Source of the DNA: Camelus dromedarius
Lineage: Eukaryota
Direction: 5' to 3'
Assembly: GCF_036321535.1 (NCBI RefSeq)
Contig: NC_087437.1
Span: forward strand, 71,054,001-71,118,000
DNA: 64,000 nucleotides
The notes below the pieces were generated by a model. The model was not told where the DNA came from, made no database searches, and saw nothing but the letters and a program-made list of their open reading frames with translations. The translations under genes and the position numbers were made by a program. Below are positions 1 through 13,539 of the stretch, one piece after another (the first letter of the stretch is position 1; each line of letters opens with the position of its first letter).

Positions 1-110
1 CCTCTTTAAAGGCCCTATGTCCAAATACAGTCACATTGAGTGGTACCGGGTTGGGGGTGAGTAGGATTTCAACATATGAACTTTGAGGGGAATACAATTC
101 AAGTCATACA
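1..110 (-). mobile_element. MaLR LTR fragment (MLT1A/B/C-like), cut by window edge
   Basis: ccaaatacagtcacatt...ggatttcaacatatgaactttgaggggaatacaattcaagtcataca resembles the reverse complement of the MLT1 5' end. Confidence 0.8.
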
Positions 111-134
111 GTGAGTTTTTTGTTCCTTGTGCAT

Positions 135-520
135 TCCCTGATGTCACTCAGTGTCACTCAGTTGGCAGATGGGATGGTCTAGAGGGTCCAAAATAGCTTC
201 AGTCACCTGTCTGGTGCTAGGTGGGGATGGCTGGAAGGCTGAGCTCAGCTGTGCCTGTTGACTGAAGAGCCGTCACACGACTTCTCCATCGTGGCCATCT
301 GGGGGTTGTCAGATTTTTTTACATGGAGGCTGGTGCCTCCAGAGAACTAGACATGACCTTTAATGATCTAGCCTCAAAAGTTGCATAGCACCTCCACTGC
401 CATGCTCTGTTGGTCAAAGCAGTCACAAACCCGCCCAGATTCAAGAAGAGGGGACGTGGAACCTACTTCTCAAAGGAAAGATTCTCAAAGACTTTGGGGC
501 CCTTTTTAAAACTGCTGCAA
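135..520 (-). mobile_element. Old MaLR LTR (MLT1J/K-like)
   Basis: ggctggaaggctgagctcagctg, ctgttggtcaaagcagtcaca, gcccagattcaagaagagggga are typical antisense old-MLT1 blocks. Confidence 0.7.
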
Positions 521-2959
521 GCTGTTTATAGTTCAGTCATATCACTCACAAGATTGCCTACTGCTCAGTCACCTTGACCCAGATGAAAAGAGCTTGATAA
601 ACCCTACAGTTATTCTCAGGTCCCTGGGTTCCTCTCTGCTTCTTGGGGGCTGTGATGCAGGTTTATAAAAACCAAATGGTCCCTTTCAGGACACCTGACT
701 CCATCAGTCATTCAGATTCTTTCCTAGGGGGTCCAAACACACCACCTTTGTTGTTGTGGGTCCTTCTTCACTAGCTTGGCTGCTGCTTCTGGTCACAGGG
801 AGTCCTGACTTCCCCAGTTTCTATCCCCACCCCGTCTTTTCATTGAGTTTGGAAGGCATTTTGTCATCCCCTCTGTTTTCCTTTTTGAGCTATTTTACTG
901 GGCTGAGACCCCTCACTCCCACACCTCAGCTGCCATTCTGTATCTTGCATACCACTCTCCCTGCTCCCATCTCGGGCTCTTCTTTTTATTTTAAAAATTG
1001 GAAAATGGGCTTATGTGACCCAGATGGGGCAGGCCTGCCTGAAACCTATTTGCTGAAGAGACTGGAAAGCCCAGGAGAGAGAAGACAGCACAAGGCACTG
1101 ACAGGCTGACTTCCGAACAAAGCCTCGGCTCTCAGAATCTCTGTGGTTGTCAGATTCTGAGTGGCCCATGTCACTTGGATCCATCCTAGCTCCCAGCCCT
1201 TAGACATGGTCTGGATCCTGGATTCTGATGATAGGTGGGGCTTTCAAATAAAAAATTAAAGATCTATTCCCTTCCCTACTTTAAGGCCCACTTATAACTG
1301 AGTTTATCACTAAGAAAGGAAATATTTCTCCCCTTTTCCACAGCATATCCTGCGAGATGCCTGTTTTCACTGGCATAGAGTCCATGTGAACCCTCTTCCC
1401 AGGCTTGGGCCTCCAAGAAATCGCTAGCGAAGAATGTTCCAGGGGCAGGAAGCTTACCCCAACAGATGGGGGCAAAGGGGAGTGAGATTTGAATTATTAT
1501 GTTAATGAGCCCCCATTGGTATCTACAGAGGAGGCCTGGGAAACTCAGATTAAAAAGAGAAAAGTCATTGCTTTGCTCCTTGCCCTGGATTTGCCCTCTT
1601 TGTCCATGCCCTGGGCAGGCAAAGCATCTTCTGGCCCAGTGCTATTTCCTTGCGTATTACCAGCAAGCCATTTCCACGAGGCAAGTCAAGGAGGTGTCAC
1701 AGACCCTGCCACTTCTAAGTCTTATAACCTCATGCACTAGGAATTGTCTGAACTAAGTTTCTTCATCAGTAAATTGTGAGTTATCCCACTCATTAACCTC
1801 CACGGGCTGTGTTAAGAACCAAAATGCTTAAATGAGTTAAAATGAATAGAATCACAGAATAAATACAAGCATTCTATCTCATGTCTTTGAGTATCTTCTT
1901 TGCGACTTCAAAGGGCATGGAGCGATTTTAACAGCAACTTCACTTCTACCTGTCTGTCTCTCTCTCCCGCCACACTGTAGAATGTAGGGCCAGTGTCTTT
2001 TGCATCCTTGTGTTCCCTAACGCACCAACTGCAGAGCTTACCAAGCTACTGGGGCTTAACAAATCATTAATAACCAACTTAATTTTAAAATTTCCCTGTT
2101 CTCGCTCAACATAAGGCATCTCTTAAGTTCATAACCAACCACCTCATCTCTTCTCTGGTTTAAGTAATAGTATTAATGATTAACTAATTACATTTTAGTA
2201 TCACCTTTGTGGGAAAGTTGTATCCTTTTCCAGGGACTGCCTTTATTGTCAGGGTTGTGAGTGTGAATCATACTTTCCCTGCTCCTGCACACAAAGGAGT
2301 GTCTGCAAGGTTTGGGAGCAGAGCCGCTGACTTCCTAATCTGATGTCTGCTGATATGAGATCTATATGCTGCTGGCTGATTCAAGGTTATCGGGATCTTT
2401 GGAGAAAGGCACACTGTCAAGGCTGTTTCTGGCCATCATCACTTCTTTTGTAGGCAAAAGTTCCCTTTTCCCTCAACTGAACTAAAAGTAAGACTAGTGT
2501 CCTGTTCAACTCTCGTTTAATATGCCTGGTGTTACAACAGTGATTCATCCTTTCCCTCTCCAGCCAGACATCAGAGGGGTATTTTGGGGGCAGTGGGGTT
2601 GCTCCCATTTATGTCTTATAAATCCTTACCTCTGTTCAAAGAGTGCAACTTAAGACAGGAGCTCCCTGAGAGTTTAATTAATCTAATTAAATGTACTAGC
2701 TGCTCAGTTTAAAAAAAAAAAAAATTCTAGGCTCTTTCTTAGATGTATAGCACCATGGAAAGAAAATGACCAAAAGGCCCTGGTTGGACCAAATAACTCT
2801 GTGCTCCAGGGGAAAATTATGGGTGTGTCATGTATCCCTGACTGATGTGCACAGGACTAGGAGTCCCCAGGTTGTCAGCGACATGCTAATTGGGTACTAA
2901 ATATACTTCTTCCTCCCAGCCAGCTCCCTTCTGACCTGTACAGCTGATGGTGTGGGAGG

Positions 2960-3420
2960 AGTTCTCTCCCTGGGTGACCCACAGGTACCTCAGACTCACC
3001 ATGTTCAAAGGTGCACTCAACAAATTCAACATTTCCACCTCCAAACAGGCTCATTCCCCTTGCTGTCTCCATTAATGACATGCTATCTACACAGTCATCC
3101 AATTAGTAACCTAGATGTCATTCTGGACACCTTGTTTTTTCTTTACCATTACCTCCAACATCCAATTACCAAGTCCTTGCACTTCTGGAATCTTTCCCCA
3201 CCTCTACTTCTCCAGAGTCTCTGCCCAAACGGAAGCTTTCCTCATCTCTCACTTGGAATACTGCCATTGCCTCCCATTAGCCCTTGGAGTGATCCGCCTA
3301 AAACTCAAACCTGAGCCTGTTGTTACTTTCTTAAATCAAGTCTCTAATGTCTCTAAATCCACAAAACAAAGTCCAAAGACTTTTAACAAAGGTGCTTCAT
3401 CTGGCACTCAAGGTCCTCCT
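2960..3420 (+). mobile_element. L2 LINE fragment
   Basis: acctcagactcaccatgttcaaagg, aacctagatgtcattctggacacc, catctctcacttggaatactgc resemble the L2 ORF2 3' region. Confidence 0.7.
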
Positions 3421-3499
3421 CACGTGTACACCCTGCTTATATCTCCCCTCTTGTCTCTTCATTCACTCTTGTACTTTATCCATCTGTCACTACACATTG

Positions 3500-3875
3500 A
3501 TTACTGTTTTTCTAATGTATTGGCTATTTGGCCAGAGTAAGCCAGGTATTATCAAAAAGACTTTCTGTTCCAGTCTTTTGACTAGAGAGAGAAGAATTTT
3601 TTTGGAGCCTTTTTTGTCCTCACCTGTCAGGGGTTCCAGGTTGAAGGCTGCTCTGGTACTCTGTAGTTTGGGCTATATTGGAGGCAAAAAGAAAGTCCAG
3701 GGAACTCACCATTGTATCTTTCCTCAAGTCCTGAGATTCAAGGTAGCATACCATTTTCTTCCTACCTTTCAGAGTCTCCCTGTGTTTGCTACATTACGTC
3801 TGGAATTTTTTTAGTTAAAAGAGGGAGGACTAGTGAGAAATGGAGCTATTCTATCTTGGCCATAACCAGAGTCCA
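3500..3875 (-). mobile_element. Ancient L1 5'-end fragment (L1M-type)
   Basis: ends in ttctatcttggccataaccagagtc, antisense of an old L1 5' terminus (ggccaagatag); internal gggaactcacc and cctttcagagtctccc blocks. Confidence 0.5.
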
Positions 3876-6751
3876 TCAATGAAGCTTTAATGAATAAATC
3901 AAAAAGGCTATTTAAGAAGTACTGAGGGATCAGACCAGTTGGGTGTTTTAGAGGATGTAGACCTCTCTGTGGAGAATGTTGAAAAGAGGGTTCCCCAGGG
4001 AAGGCTTGCTCCTGGGTTCAGGGAAGTACTCAGAGTAATGAAGAGCTATTCTCTACCAACTCCTACGGAGGAATATCAAACTTTGGGCACAATTAAAAAA
4101 AAAAAAAAACCTATAAAACTGAGCACTGTCTTCTGAAGAGTCTGGAGAGACAGACTGGGCTGGAATAAATGAGGCTGAATTGTATAAGGCTAATTCCAGA
4201 GACCAGCACTACAAAAATCAGTCTTACGTCTACCAAAGATCAAAAAAAAAATTCTAGCGCATCCCCAGATAAGCTCCATGGAGCAACCTGTTTTGGACAA
4301 GAAAACAAGAGCTAGCACAGCCCAGAATGGGAAGGCACAGTGTGGGGATCCCATATTAGACTTCAGTATGGGTTATGTGCAGTGTCCCTCCTTCCTCATC
4401 GTAGCCCACATCCTGTGGCTGGGAGTGACTTATTGGGAAACATTGGAATGGGAGGAGTTAAAGAGTTCTTAGAGATGGTGTGATCATCCATCCAGATGCT
4501 TAGAAACTTTCAAGACTGGACTAGACTTTTTGGCAAAGGACTTTGAGAACTTTGAGGTGGGGAATCTAGAGAAATATTGAATTAAAATGGAATACAGTGG
4601 TCCGTCGGATATTTGCCCTTGAAATCTCAAATTGGAGTTATAAATGTAATTATGGTTCAATAAATTAACGAATTGTGCTTCTGATAACATTTTCTTTTTA
4701 CTATTTCCTTCCTACCCGGAGATTTATTCTTTTCTTTCTTTCTTTTTTTTTTTTTTTTTTTTTTTCCACATTTGGACCTGTATGACCCATGACCTATAGT
4801 CTCCCAGCAGACTAACTGAGATAGCCTAAAAGTAGTGAGGGGAAATTCATAGGTCAGGATAATTTGATTTAATCCCCTACTTTCAGTGAAGAAACTGTCA
4901 CTTTGAGTTGTCAAACCCTCCTAGACCAAGAAGCAACGAAGCATTCTCTGTTTCCTATTTCTGAATGTTTTTCGTGGGATGTTACAGAGTGAGACTTTGA
5001 CATCTTATAACAACCTCTGAAGGATTTGCTGTTGGCCTGGTAATGGGAAACATGCGAATAAACAAATAAATATTTATTTAATTACTTCTTTATTTATATG
5101 AAAACCTGAGGAGTCAGGCAATCTGTCAGCAAGTGACAGACAAGTAGAACAGACAAAAGGCACACGGGAAACCTTCAGTCAGAAAGAATATCTTCTGAGA
5201 AAAACAGACACTCATCCGTCCCTATAGCAAATGCTATGGGGAAGGAATTCAGAATCCACTGGGCATCTGAGAGGCAGGTGTTGAGTTCCTCAAGTAGCTC
5301 CAGCGCCCAGCAGCAACTCCCACAAGCTGAAAAGGAGGAGGAGCTGGTCCTGAACTGTGGCAGGAGGAACGATTTGCTTCTGTGTTGGAAGTAGACTGCT
5401 CCCTCACGAGGCAGAAACAGAGCTGAGCCTCATGAAGTGAAGTTGGCTCCCGAAACAGATAACCAGTGGATATGCTTTACTCCTGTGATGTTTTGGGGGG
5501 TTTGTTGGTTGTTTGTTAGGCTTTATACTGTTTGAAGCAGTAAATGGTGCTGAAAGACTTCTGCGCAGGCAGATCAGTCTTATCTTAGGCCCATTCTTCC
5601 CTTAATTGGTCAAAAGCTGAAAAAATCCTTTTTTCTAAGTTATAAAAGGAATCAATTTGGACAAGAAATGTATTCGCTCATGGCCCACATGCAAGGCACA
5701 GTATTTCTTACTCTGGGAGATAGAAAGGTAAATTCAACAGACATTCAGCTCTTGTGAGCTAAGGTCTGGGGAGGGCGAGGCTCCGGCACCATTACTCTCA
5801 TCACCAGGCAGGAGGTGAACGTGATGACAGAAGATAAAGGATATTCGATGTGTAGTAGCATATCATCTGCCAACAGTGACAGTTTTACTTCTTCTTTTCC
5901 AATTTGGATTCCTTTTATTTCTTTTTCTTCTCTGACTGCTGTGGCTAGGACTTCCAAAATGCTGACACTACCAGAAAACCACTAGAACTCATGAATAAAT
6001 TCAGTAAAGTAGCTAGATAAAAAACTAGTATACAGAAATTTGTGGTATTCCTATGCACTAACAAAGAAATATTAGAAAGTGAGATTAAGGAAAGAATCCC
6101 ATTTACCATCATATCAATAAAGAACTAAATACCTAGGAATAAATCTACTTAAGGAAGCAAAGTACTTGTAGTCTGACAACTATAAGACACTGATGAAGAT
6201 GACACAAAAGATGGAAAGATATACTGTGTTCTTGGGTTGGTAAAATCAATATTATTAAAATGACCATACTACCCAAAGAAATGTACAGATTCAATGCAAT
6301 CCCTATTAAATTACCAATGGCATTTTTCACAGAACTGGAACAAAAAAAAAAATGTTAAAATTTGTGTGGAAACACAAAAGACCCCAAATAGCCAAGACAA
6401 TATTGACAGAGAAGAACAGAGCGGGAGGAATAACTCTCTCCTGACTTCAGACCATACTACAAAGCTACAGCAATCAAAACAGTATGGAACTGGCACAAAA
6501 ACAGACACATAGATCAATGGAACAGGATAGAAAGCCCAGAAATAAACCCATACACTCATGGTCAATTAATTTACAACAAAGGAAGCAAGAATATACAATG
6601 GAGAAAAGACAGTCTCTTCAATAAGTGGTGCGGGGAAAACTGGACAGCTTCATGTAAAATAATGAAATTAAGACATTTTCTAACAATAGCCAAGACATGG
6701 AAACAACCTAAATGTTCATCAACAGATGACTGGATAAAGAAGTTGTGGGGG

Positions 6752-6773
6752 GTGTGTGTGTGTGTGTGTGTGT
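6752..6773. repeat. (GT)n microsatellite inside L1
   Basis: direct reading. Confidence 0.9.
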
Positions 6774-6975
6774 AATGATTACTGTTATATATATAATGGA
6801 ATACTACTCAGCCATAAAAAAGAACAAAATAATGGCATTTGCAGCAACATGAATGGACCTAGAGATGATCATATTAAGTGAAGTAAGTCAGACAAAGACA
6901 AATATCATATGTTATCACTTATATGTGGAATCTTAAAAAATGATACAAATGAGCTTATTTACAAAACAGAAACAG

Positions 6976-7463
6976 TGTTGACTAAAAAGTGCACAGCCTA
7001 AAAGTTGAGACTTATGTTTTATATGGTGGACTTTCTGAGGACTCAAACCCGGGAGGTAGCCTCTCAGCTCGTTCTAAGAGAGTGTTCCAGAGGAGCCAGG
7101 ATAGATAAGAGTTTTGCCACAAAGACCAGGTGGAACATCAAATGATTACTGTTAATTGAAGAAAAATCTAATGTCTCAAGTTAAGGAATTTAGCACTTTC
7201 CTTTGTATGGGAAAGGTGCAAAAGTCTGGCTCACTGAAATCATCCCTTTGATATACACCTAGCTATCTAGCTCCAGCATCCTGTCTTTCATATACTGAGT
7301 CCCCTCAGGGTGCACCGTTGGGGGTGGCAGAGGCCGGGCTGTCTGCTTGTCTCCATCCTGAGTTCCCTTGAGTGCACTGTTGGGGGTGGTGTAGCAGCTG
7401 ATGACTTGATGGCCACAGCATCCTTTAGTTTACTGATACGGCTGGCAATATTTTTCATTCACA
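6976..7463 (-). mobile_element. Solo ERV1 LTR (MER41-like, cetartiodactyl) inserted in the L1 3' UTR
   Basis: TG...CA termini (tgttgact...ttcaca); interrupts the L1 phrase acaaaacagaaacag...cagacatagaaaacaaacttatgg; minus strand begins tgtgaatgaaaaatattgccagcc. Confidence 0.8.
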
Positions 7464-9669
7464 CAGACATAGAAAACAAACTTATGGTTACCAAAGGGGA
7501 AAGCAGGGATGGGGGGAGAGATAAATTAGAAGTTTAGGATTAACATATACACACTACTACATAAAATATGAAGAACAAGGACCTACTGTATAGCACAGGG
7601 AATTATATTCACTATCTTGTAATAACCCATAATAGAAAAGAATCTGAAAAGAAATATGTATAACTGAATCACTTTGCTGTACTCCTGAAACTAACACAAC
7701 ATTGTAAATTAACTGTGCTTCAAATTTTTAAAATGGTTATTACAAAAAGAGATAAAGAATAAAGGACTAGGGAAATATAAAGAGAATTTATTCCTAACAT
7801 GGAGAATCCGCATTTTTAGAGGAAAGGACATTTTAGTTGGCCTGGGATACTTAGAGAGGGAATGAAAACAGGGGCGGAGCACAGCCAGAGGTGAAGGAAG
7901 GCACGTGTGACTCCGGAAAGGATGCTACTTCAGGAGGCCTGTTCCACAGGAGGAAGAAGGAAATTGAGTTAATAAGTTTCTAAAATCTGGCAGACCACCA
8001 GAAGTGCCTGGGGAGATTTAGTTGTTTCTTTGTTTCCTTTTGCTTGAAATACAATCTTAAGCTCCCACTGGGCCTCCCTCCTCCAGGAGCCTGGGATGGG
8101 GAAGGGGAGCAATCCAAAGGCCACCAGCGCTTAAAGCTGTTTTAACCCACCTCTAAAAACATTTCAAGACCTTTCCTTTCTGCTGGACTTGCTTTTGTTT
8201 TTTCCTTCTGAGGGCAGAAAATGTGCCAGCACTGAAATATATCACCTATGTCAGTCTCTTTAAAAGTCACTATTTTGATTTTTATTTTCCAGGCTGCAGG
8301 TCAGGGGACCCTGCTGCTAAGAGCCCAGGGCACATCCGCTTTTTCCTTTCTCTTCCACTGTCTTCTTCTGGAGGTATTTAAAGGGCCAGCTTCACAAGCC
8401 TGCTATGGTGGGAGGAGTGGAACTGGCTGCATTCAAGATTATCTGCAGGATGTGACCCAGGACAGGAGTGGTATCCCCACCGGGCAATCAGGTGTGGGGG
8501 TTGGCAGCAGCAGCAGAAGGGGAGTATCTTGGCAGGGCTGGGTGCCACCTAGTTCTCTTCTGTTTCCCAGGCCTGCTTCTGACTCCTCTGTTCCCCTCTT
8601 CAATCAGCACCAAGTAAAAAGGGGAGGGAGCGTTGTGGTCCACAGCACAGCCCTGGATGTACTCACACTGTAAGTTCCTCTGCTTCCTCCTCCCTCTTCG
8701 TGCTTTACACAGTCTGGTAGACAGACCTGATGGGGTGAGGGAAGATTTCTCTGACCTGAATGTTTGTAGAGGATAAATTTGCAGAGTCTAGGCCTATGAG
8801 CACAGATGGACCCATGAAGGAAGGACCTAGCACTGGGTGGGAGAGAAGTCCAAGGGCACCCTGCCATGCCCAGTGACTTCCCAGGTAGAAATGACCTGCT
8901 CCAGGTCTTCTCAGCGACAGAACTGGGATCCTTTACTGTCAGAGCTGGACTCAGGGACTCAGATTCTAAGATGAAGTGATGGGACTATTCTGTGTCTGCT
9001 AACTGGCAACAAAACAGGTCTAGAAAATAAAATGCACATTTTTTTAGAATATATGAAACACAGTTCACTGGTGGAACATTAACCATATTGAAACACCTCT
9101 GAAAAGAAGTGGAAACCACTGAGAAGTAGAGGTGATGGAGCAGCTGTCATTCAAGGAGGGAAATTTCCTAACTGACCCTGTACCTTGTAGGCAGAATGAT
9201 CTTCACCTTTCTTGGGGCTTCTGAAAGAAGATCTGCACATGGCTTGTGGAAACACAGCCTAAATTACACTGTGGCTGTCCTATACAAGGTTTTATTTAAT
9301 ACTGAACAACCTAACCTTTAGAAAAGTTAAAAACAAAAGGAGTAATATATGAATATCAAGTTATATACTGTTTATAAATAAATATCTATGTTTTCATGTA
9401 TATATATATATATAAATACAAATGTAGCAATAGGATAAAACACTTAAGAAATGATAACAAATGATAAAATATCATGTTCACTTCTAGTAAACAACCTAGC
9501 TGCTTCCAGAGGTAGTGTTAGGTTAATTGAATCAAGACAGAATACACAAGAGGTTTCCATGACATCTGTAGGATTTTCTTTAAGCTGCATGATAAGTATA
9601 TGAGTGGTCATTTTATTATTATCTATATGCCTGAAATGAAATGTTCTTTGAAAACTTGAATATAGTTCT

Positions 9670-10960
9670 TTATTTTTTAAGTCTTATTGAGATGTAGTTC
9701 ATGTACATAAAATTTACCCATTTAAAATATAGAATTCAAATGGTTTTGTGCATACTCAGAGAGTTGCCCAACTATCACAATATAATTTTAGAGCATATTC
9801 CTCACCCCCAAAGTTTTGAAGCCCTATAACCCTTAGCAGTCAACCCATCCCTTCTTCTCACCCCTAGCCCTACTTTCTGTCTCTATAGATGCATGTATTC
9901 TGGACAATTCATATAGACAGAATCAGACAATCTGTGTTCTTTTGTGACTGAATTCTTTCACATAGCATGATGTTTTCAAAGTGTTTCCATGTTGGAGCGC
10001 CTATCAATACTTCACTCTTCATGGCTGAATAATATTCCACTGTATGGATATATCACATTTTGCTTATCCATTAATCAATTGACAGACATTTGAGTTGTTC
10101 CCACTTTTTTGTTGTTATAAATCATGCTGCTATGAACATTTATGTACAGGTTTTTATGCGGACATATTTTTTTTCATTTCTCTTGGGTATAGACCTAGGA
10201 GTAAAGTTTCTGGGTCCTGTGGTAACTCTACATTTAAATTTTTGAGGAACTACAAGACTACACAAGACCTCTTTCAAAAATGTCTTCACCACTTTACATT
10301 CCCACCAGTGATGTATAAGGTTTACAATTTCTCCACATGCTCACCAACACTCGCTCTTGTCTTCTTAATTTTAGTCATCCTGGTAGGTGTGAAGTGGTTT
10401 TCTCATTGTGGTTTTGATTTTCACTTCCCTAATGCTTAATGATGTGAGTGCATCTTCTCATGTGCTGTTTATTGGCTATTTGTTTATCCTTTATGGAGAA
10501 ATAACTATTCAAATCCTTTGCCCATTTAAATTGGGCTTTTTGTCTTTTGATTATTTAGTTGCAAGAGTTATTTATACATTCTGGCTACAAATCCCTCATC
10601 AAATATACCATTCACAAATATTTTCTCCTAGTCTATGGTTTGCCTTTTTACTTTATCAGTGATATCCTTTGAAACAGAAAAGTTTTTAATTTTGATGATT
10701 TTTGATGAAAAATTTTTATTTTTTCTTTTGCTGCTCATGCTTTTGGTACCATGTCTAAGAAACCATTACCTAGCCAAAGATGACAGAAAGTAACTCCTAT
10801 GTTTTCTTCTAAGGTTTTATAGTTTTAGTTCTTACCTTTGATTCTATGACCCATTTTGAATTAATTTTTGTATATAGGTAAGATAAGGATCCAAGTTCTT
10901 ACTTTCACATGTGGATCCACCTGTCCCAGCACCATATGTTGAAAGCACTATTCTTTCCCA
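9670..10960 (-). mobile_element. L1MB-type LINE 3' end
   Basis: ttattgagatgtagttcatgtacataaaatttaccc, atggctgaataatattccactgtatggatatatcacattttg, gtcccagcaccatatgttgaaa are antisense L1 3' UTR/ORF2 blocks. Confidence 0.9.
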
Positions 10961-10989
10961 AGATAATCACTCTTCTTAATGAAAAGAGC

Positions 10990-11135
10990 TTTCTCTCTTT
11001 TTCTGAAACTTTTTTGAAAGGTCATAACCGTATTAGACTAGGGCCCACCCTAATGACCTCATCTTAAACTTGATAATCTGCAAAGATCCTATTTCTAAAT
11101 AAAGTCACATTCACAGGTACTGGGGGTTAGAACTT
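10990..11135 (-). mobile_element. MLT1 LTR fragment
   Basis: tagggcccaccctaatgacctcatctt...aaagtcacattcacaggtactgggggttagaacttcaac. Confidence 0.8.
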
Positions 11136-12439
11136 CAACGTATTTTGGGGGGATGCAATTCAACCCACAATAGTAAGTATGATATCTTGTAGAAATGTTG
11201 CTCTATTATGTACTCTAAGGGATGTACTATTGGAGACACAAGGTAAGGCCAATACTGTGTGAATGGAGGAGGAGTCTCTGCTAAAGGAAGTAGATACTAC
11301 ACCAAGTCATCCATAAAGGTAAAAGGTGGGAACAAAAAATGGGGAAGACAGGCCTGAATTGGGTTTGAGAAGGAAATTTCTTCCTCTCTCTGAACCTTGA
11401 CTTGGGCTTAGGGTCTGGGGAAGTGAGGCATGTTTAAGTTGTTTCTGGGTGGCAGTGGAAACCTGGCCTCTTCCTTAAGTGGGAAGAATGGGCTCTATAC
11501 ATAAAAGCAGTCCTACGGAGGCTGGAGGAGCACAGACTGAGAACCAAGGGGTCTAAGAACAGCCATGGAAAAAGGCCAGTTATTGTAAGTTATTCTCTAT
11601 GTGGAAGTCCCTCTGCAACCCCCAGTGTTCAACAAAGTTTTAATAAACTCACAGCTTTGTTTAATACTAAAGAAAAAGTCTATGTTCGTGCTTGGACTAT
11701 AATGCTTAAAGGGGGGCAGACGAACAGTGGTGGACACTACCCACAGGTGTGTCCAAGAACCGAAAATTGCAGGTGACAGTCTACACTCACAATGGTTAAG
11801 TCACCTGCAGTAGCCCAGGCTGACAGATGAGCCCTCATGAAAAGCCCTCCTGAGAATTCTCAGATGGCAGACTCTGAGTATAGTATAGGTATTCATGTGA
11901 CCTAACTTATACCAACTACCTGCTGAGAGATTCAGGTTACTTGCTACTGTGGCTTAAATGACTGAAAGTACCAATCATTTAGGAAACTGTTCTATATCAT
12001 TAAAACTATATACTAAGAGACAAATTCACTAAAGAAGAAAATTGCACTTTTCTAAGAAGCAAAGCCAACTTATTTTGTAATTGTCCACATCATTGTGACT
12101 ATGATGCCAGTGTTTAGTGATCAGACTTTCCTGAACTCTTGAAAGTGGACACAACTGAGACCAAGGGCCACACCTGGAGAACCACTGTTGGAGAGAACGT
12201 TGTCTCAAATGTGTAGCATCCTGAGACTGACAGGGACACCTGTCTGGGCAAGATGGTCCAGCACCTATTCAGACCAGTTCATGCATGGCCACCTAAGTCA
12301 TGGCCATCTACTACCGCCTCCCATCCTAGAGAAAGTATTACTGTCTGGAAAACACAGCTGAGCTCTCTGCCCTGTATTCTGACTTCCACCAAATCCTTTG
12401 GGTGAGAAAACTCTGTTGGATTTTCCCAGGTCTTTAATT

Positions 12440-12645
12440 TCTCTAATATTTATATATTTTATGAAGGTGATCAAACAGGTGATACCAACAAAATCCATAC
12501 TATACACATTCTCAATTGTAAAATATTAGAAGAATTTTTTTTACATCAGGAAAAGGAAAAGAACATCTGCTATCACCCTTCCTCTTCAATATTGTCGTTG
12601 TCAGTTCTGGCAAGCACTGGAGACAGACAAATGAAACAAAGTTTA
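12440..12645 (+). mobile_element. Ancient L1 ORF2 fragment
   Basis: tcaggaaaaggaaaagaacatctgctatcacccttcctcttcaatattgtc resembles the RT segment SGTRQGCPLSPLLFNIV. Confidence 0.65.
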
Positions 12646-13539
12646 AGTGTTCGCTGAAAGTCAACCTGCCTGATCATTTCACTGGGAGACCTGCAATGTC
12701 AGTATCTTTAGGTCTCTCTTCTTGAGCTGGTCAGATTCTCAGAGAAGAACAGTCCAAACAGCTGCCAGGAACAGTAAAGATGGCAGAGGTTCTAGCATTT
12801 CACTGATGTCAATGACCATCAAGCCTCTTTTTTCCACTGAGCCTCTCCTTGTCCGGTTCCAAGATCCTCTCTTCACCTTAATAACCACCTCGAGTTTGGG
12901 CAGAGGAGGGCAGTGCATCAAGGTCCTGCTAAACCAGTGTCACCATCCTCTACATGATGGTCTCCCCTCCTCACCAGTTCCAGAGGGACTTGGCACTGAT
13001 GGGCCCCTACTGTTTGAAGATTCTGCAACGTAAATTGTAATGCTTCGGATTCCACCGCTGCAGCAGCAGGGCTAGAGCACTCTTGAGTTGCTGAATCATG
13101 TTCCATCCTGTGGAGAAGACCTTTATTCATCCTCTTCTCTGGGCTCCCTCCAGGTGTCTGCTACTGTGAACCTTCTGGTACACATCTCCTGGGACAGGTG
13201 TGGGAAAGCTTCTCTTTGGAAAGACCTTTCAGAGGAGAGGCCAAACCTCAATGTGGTTTTACTAATGACAGAACCATCAGCGACGGAAAAGAGATCCTGA
13301 ATTTCCAGCCGAGCTGACTTTAACACCCAGCCCCTGGAGACGGCTTGATGTGGGTCAGCGGAAAAAATAAAGCTGTAAATAAGACCCTGTCGCTCCCCAC
13401 ACCCTCCAGGACCAAATTCCTCGCGTACACGTTTGCTTGCATGTTTGGAGGTTTTCCCTGACAAACTGGGTTGAACTTCCAACCACACTTGTGAACTTCC
13501 TTCTAGAGTAACTGACAATTCAATTTCCGAAAGTAAAAG

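Larger units (their letters stand above)
5842..7754 (+). mobile_element. 5'-truncated, 5'-inverted L1 (cetartiodactyl type) with internal deletion and nested LTR
   Basis: 5842-5957 encodes on - the ORF2 RT peptide [32 protein letters not shown]; 5964 onward continues ORF2 on +; 3' UTR (aacaaggacctactgtatagcacagggaa, actgaatcactttgctgtac) runs to ~7750; candidate TSD aagataaagga (5831-5841) / aagaataaagga (7755-7766). Confidence 0.9.

Noticed and set aside
5745..5957. Reverse-transcriptase-like ORF
   Set aside because: Short inverted L1 ORF2 fragment, not an independent gene or novel RT system.
12720..13518. Minus-strand ORFs divergent from the ZNF80 promoter, with a faint SCAN-like ring (LELV, MVTLV..DL)
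   Set aside because: Similarity is too weak and scattered over frames with stops; it would need a frameshift-aware HMM search to support.
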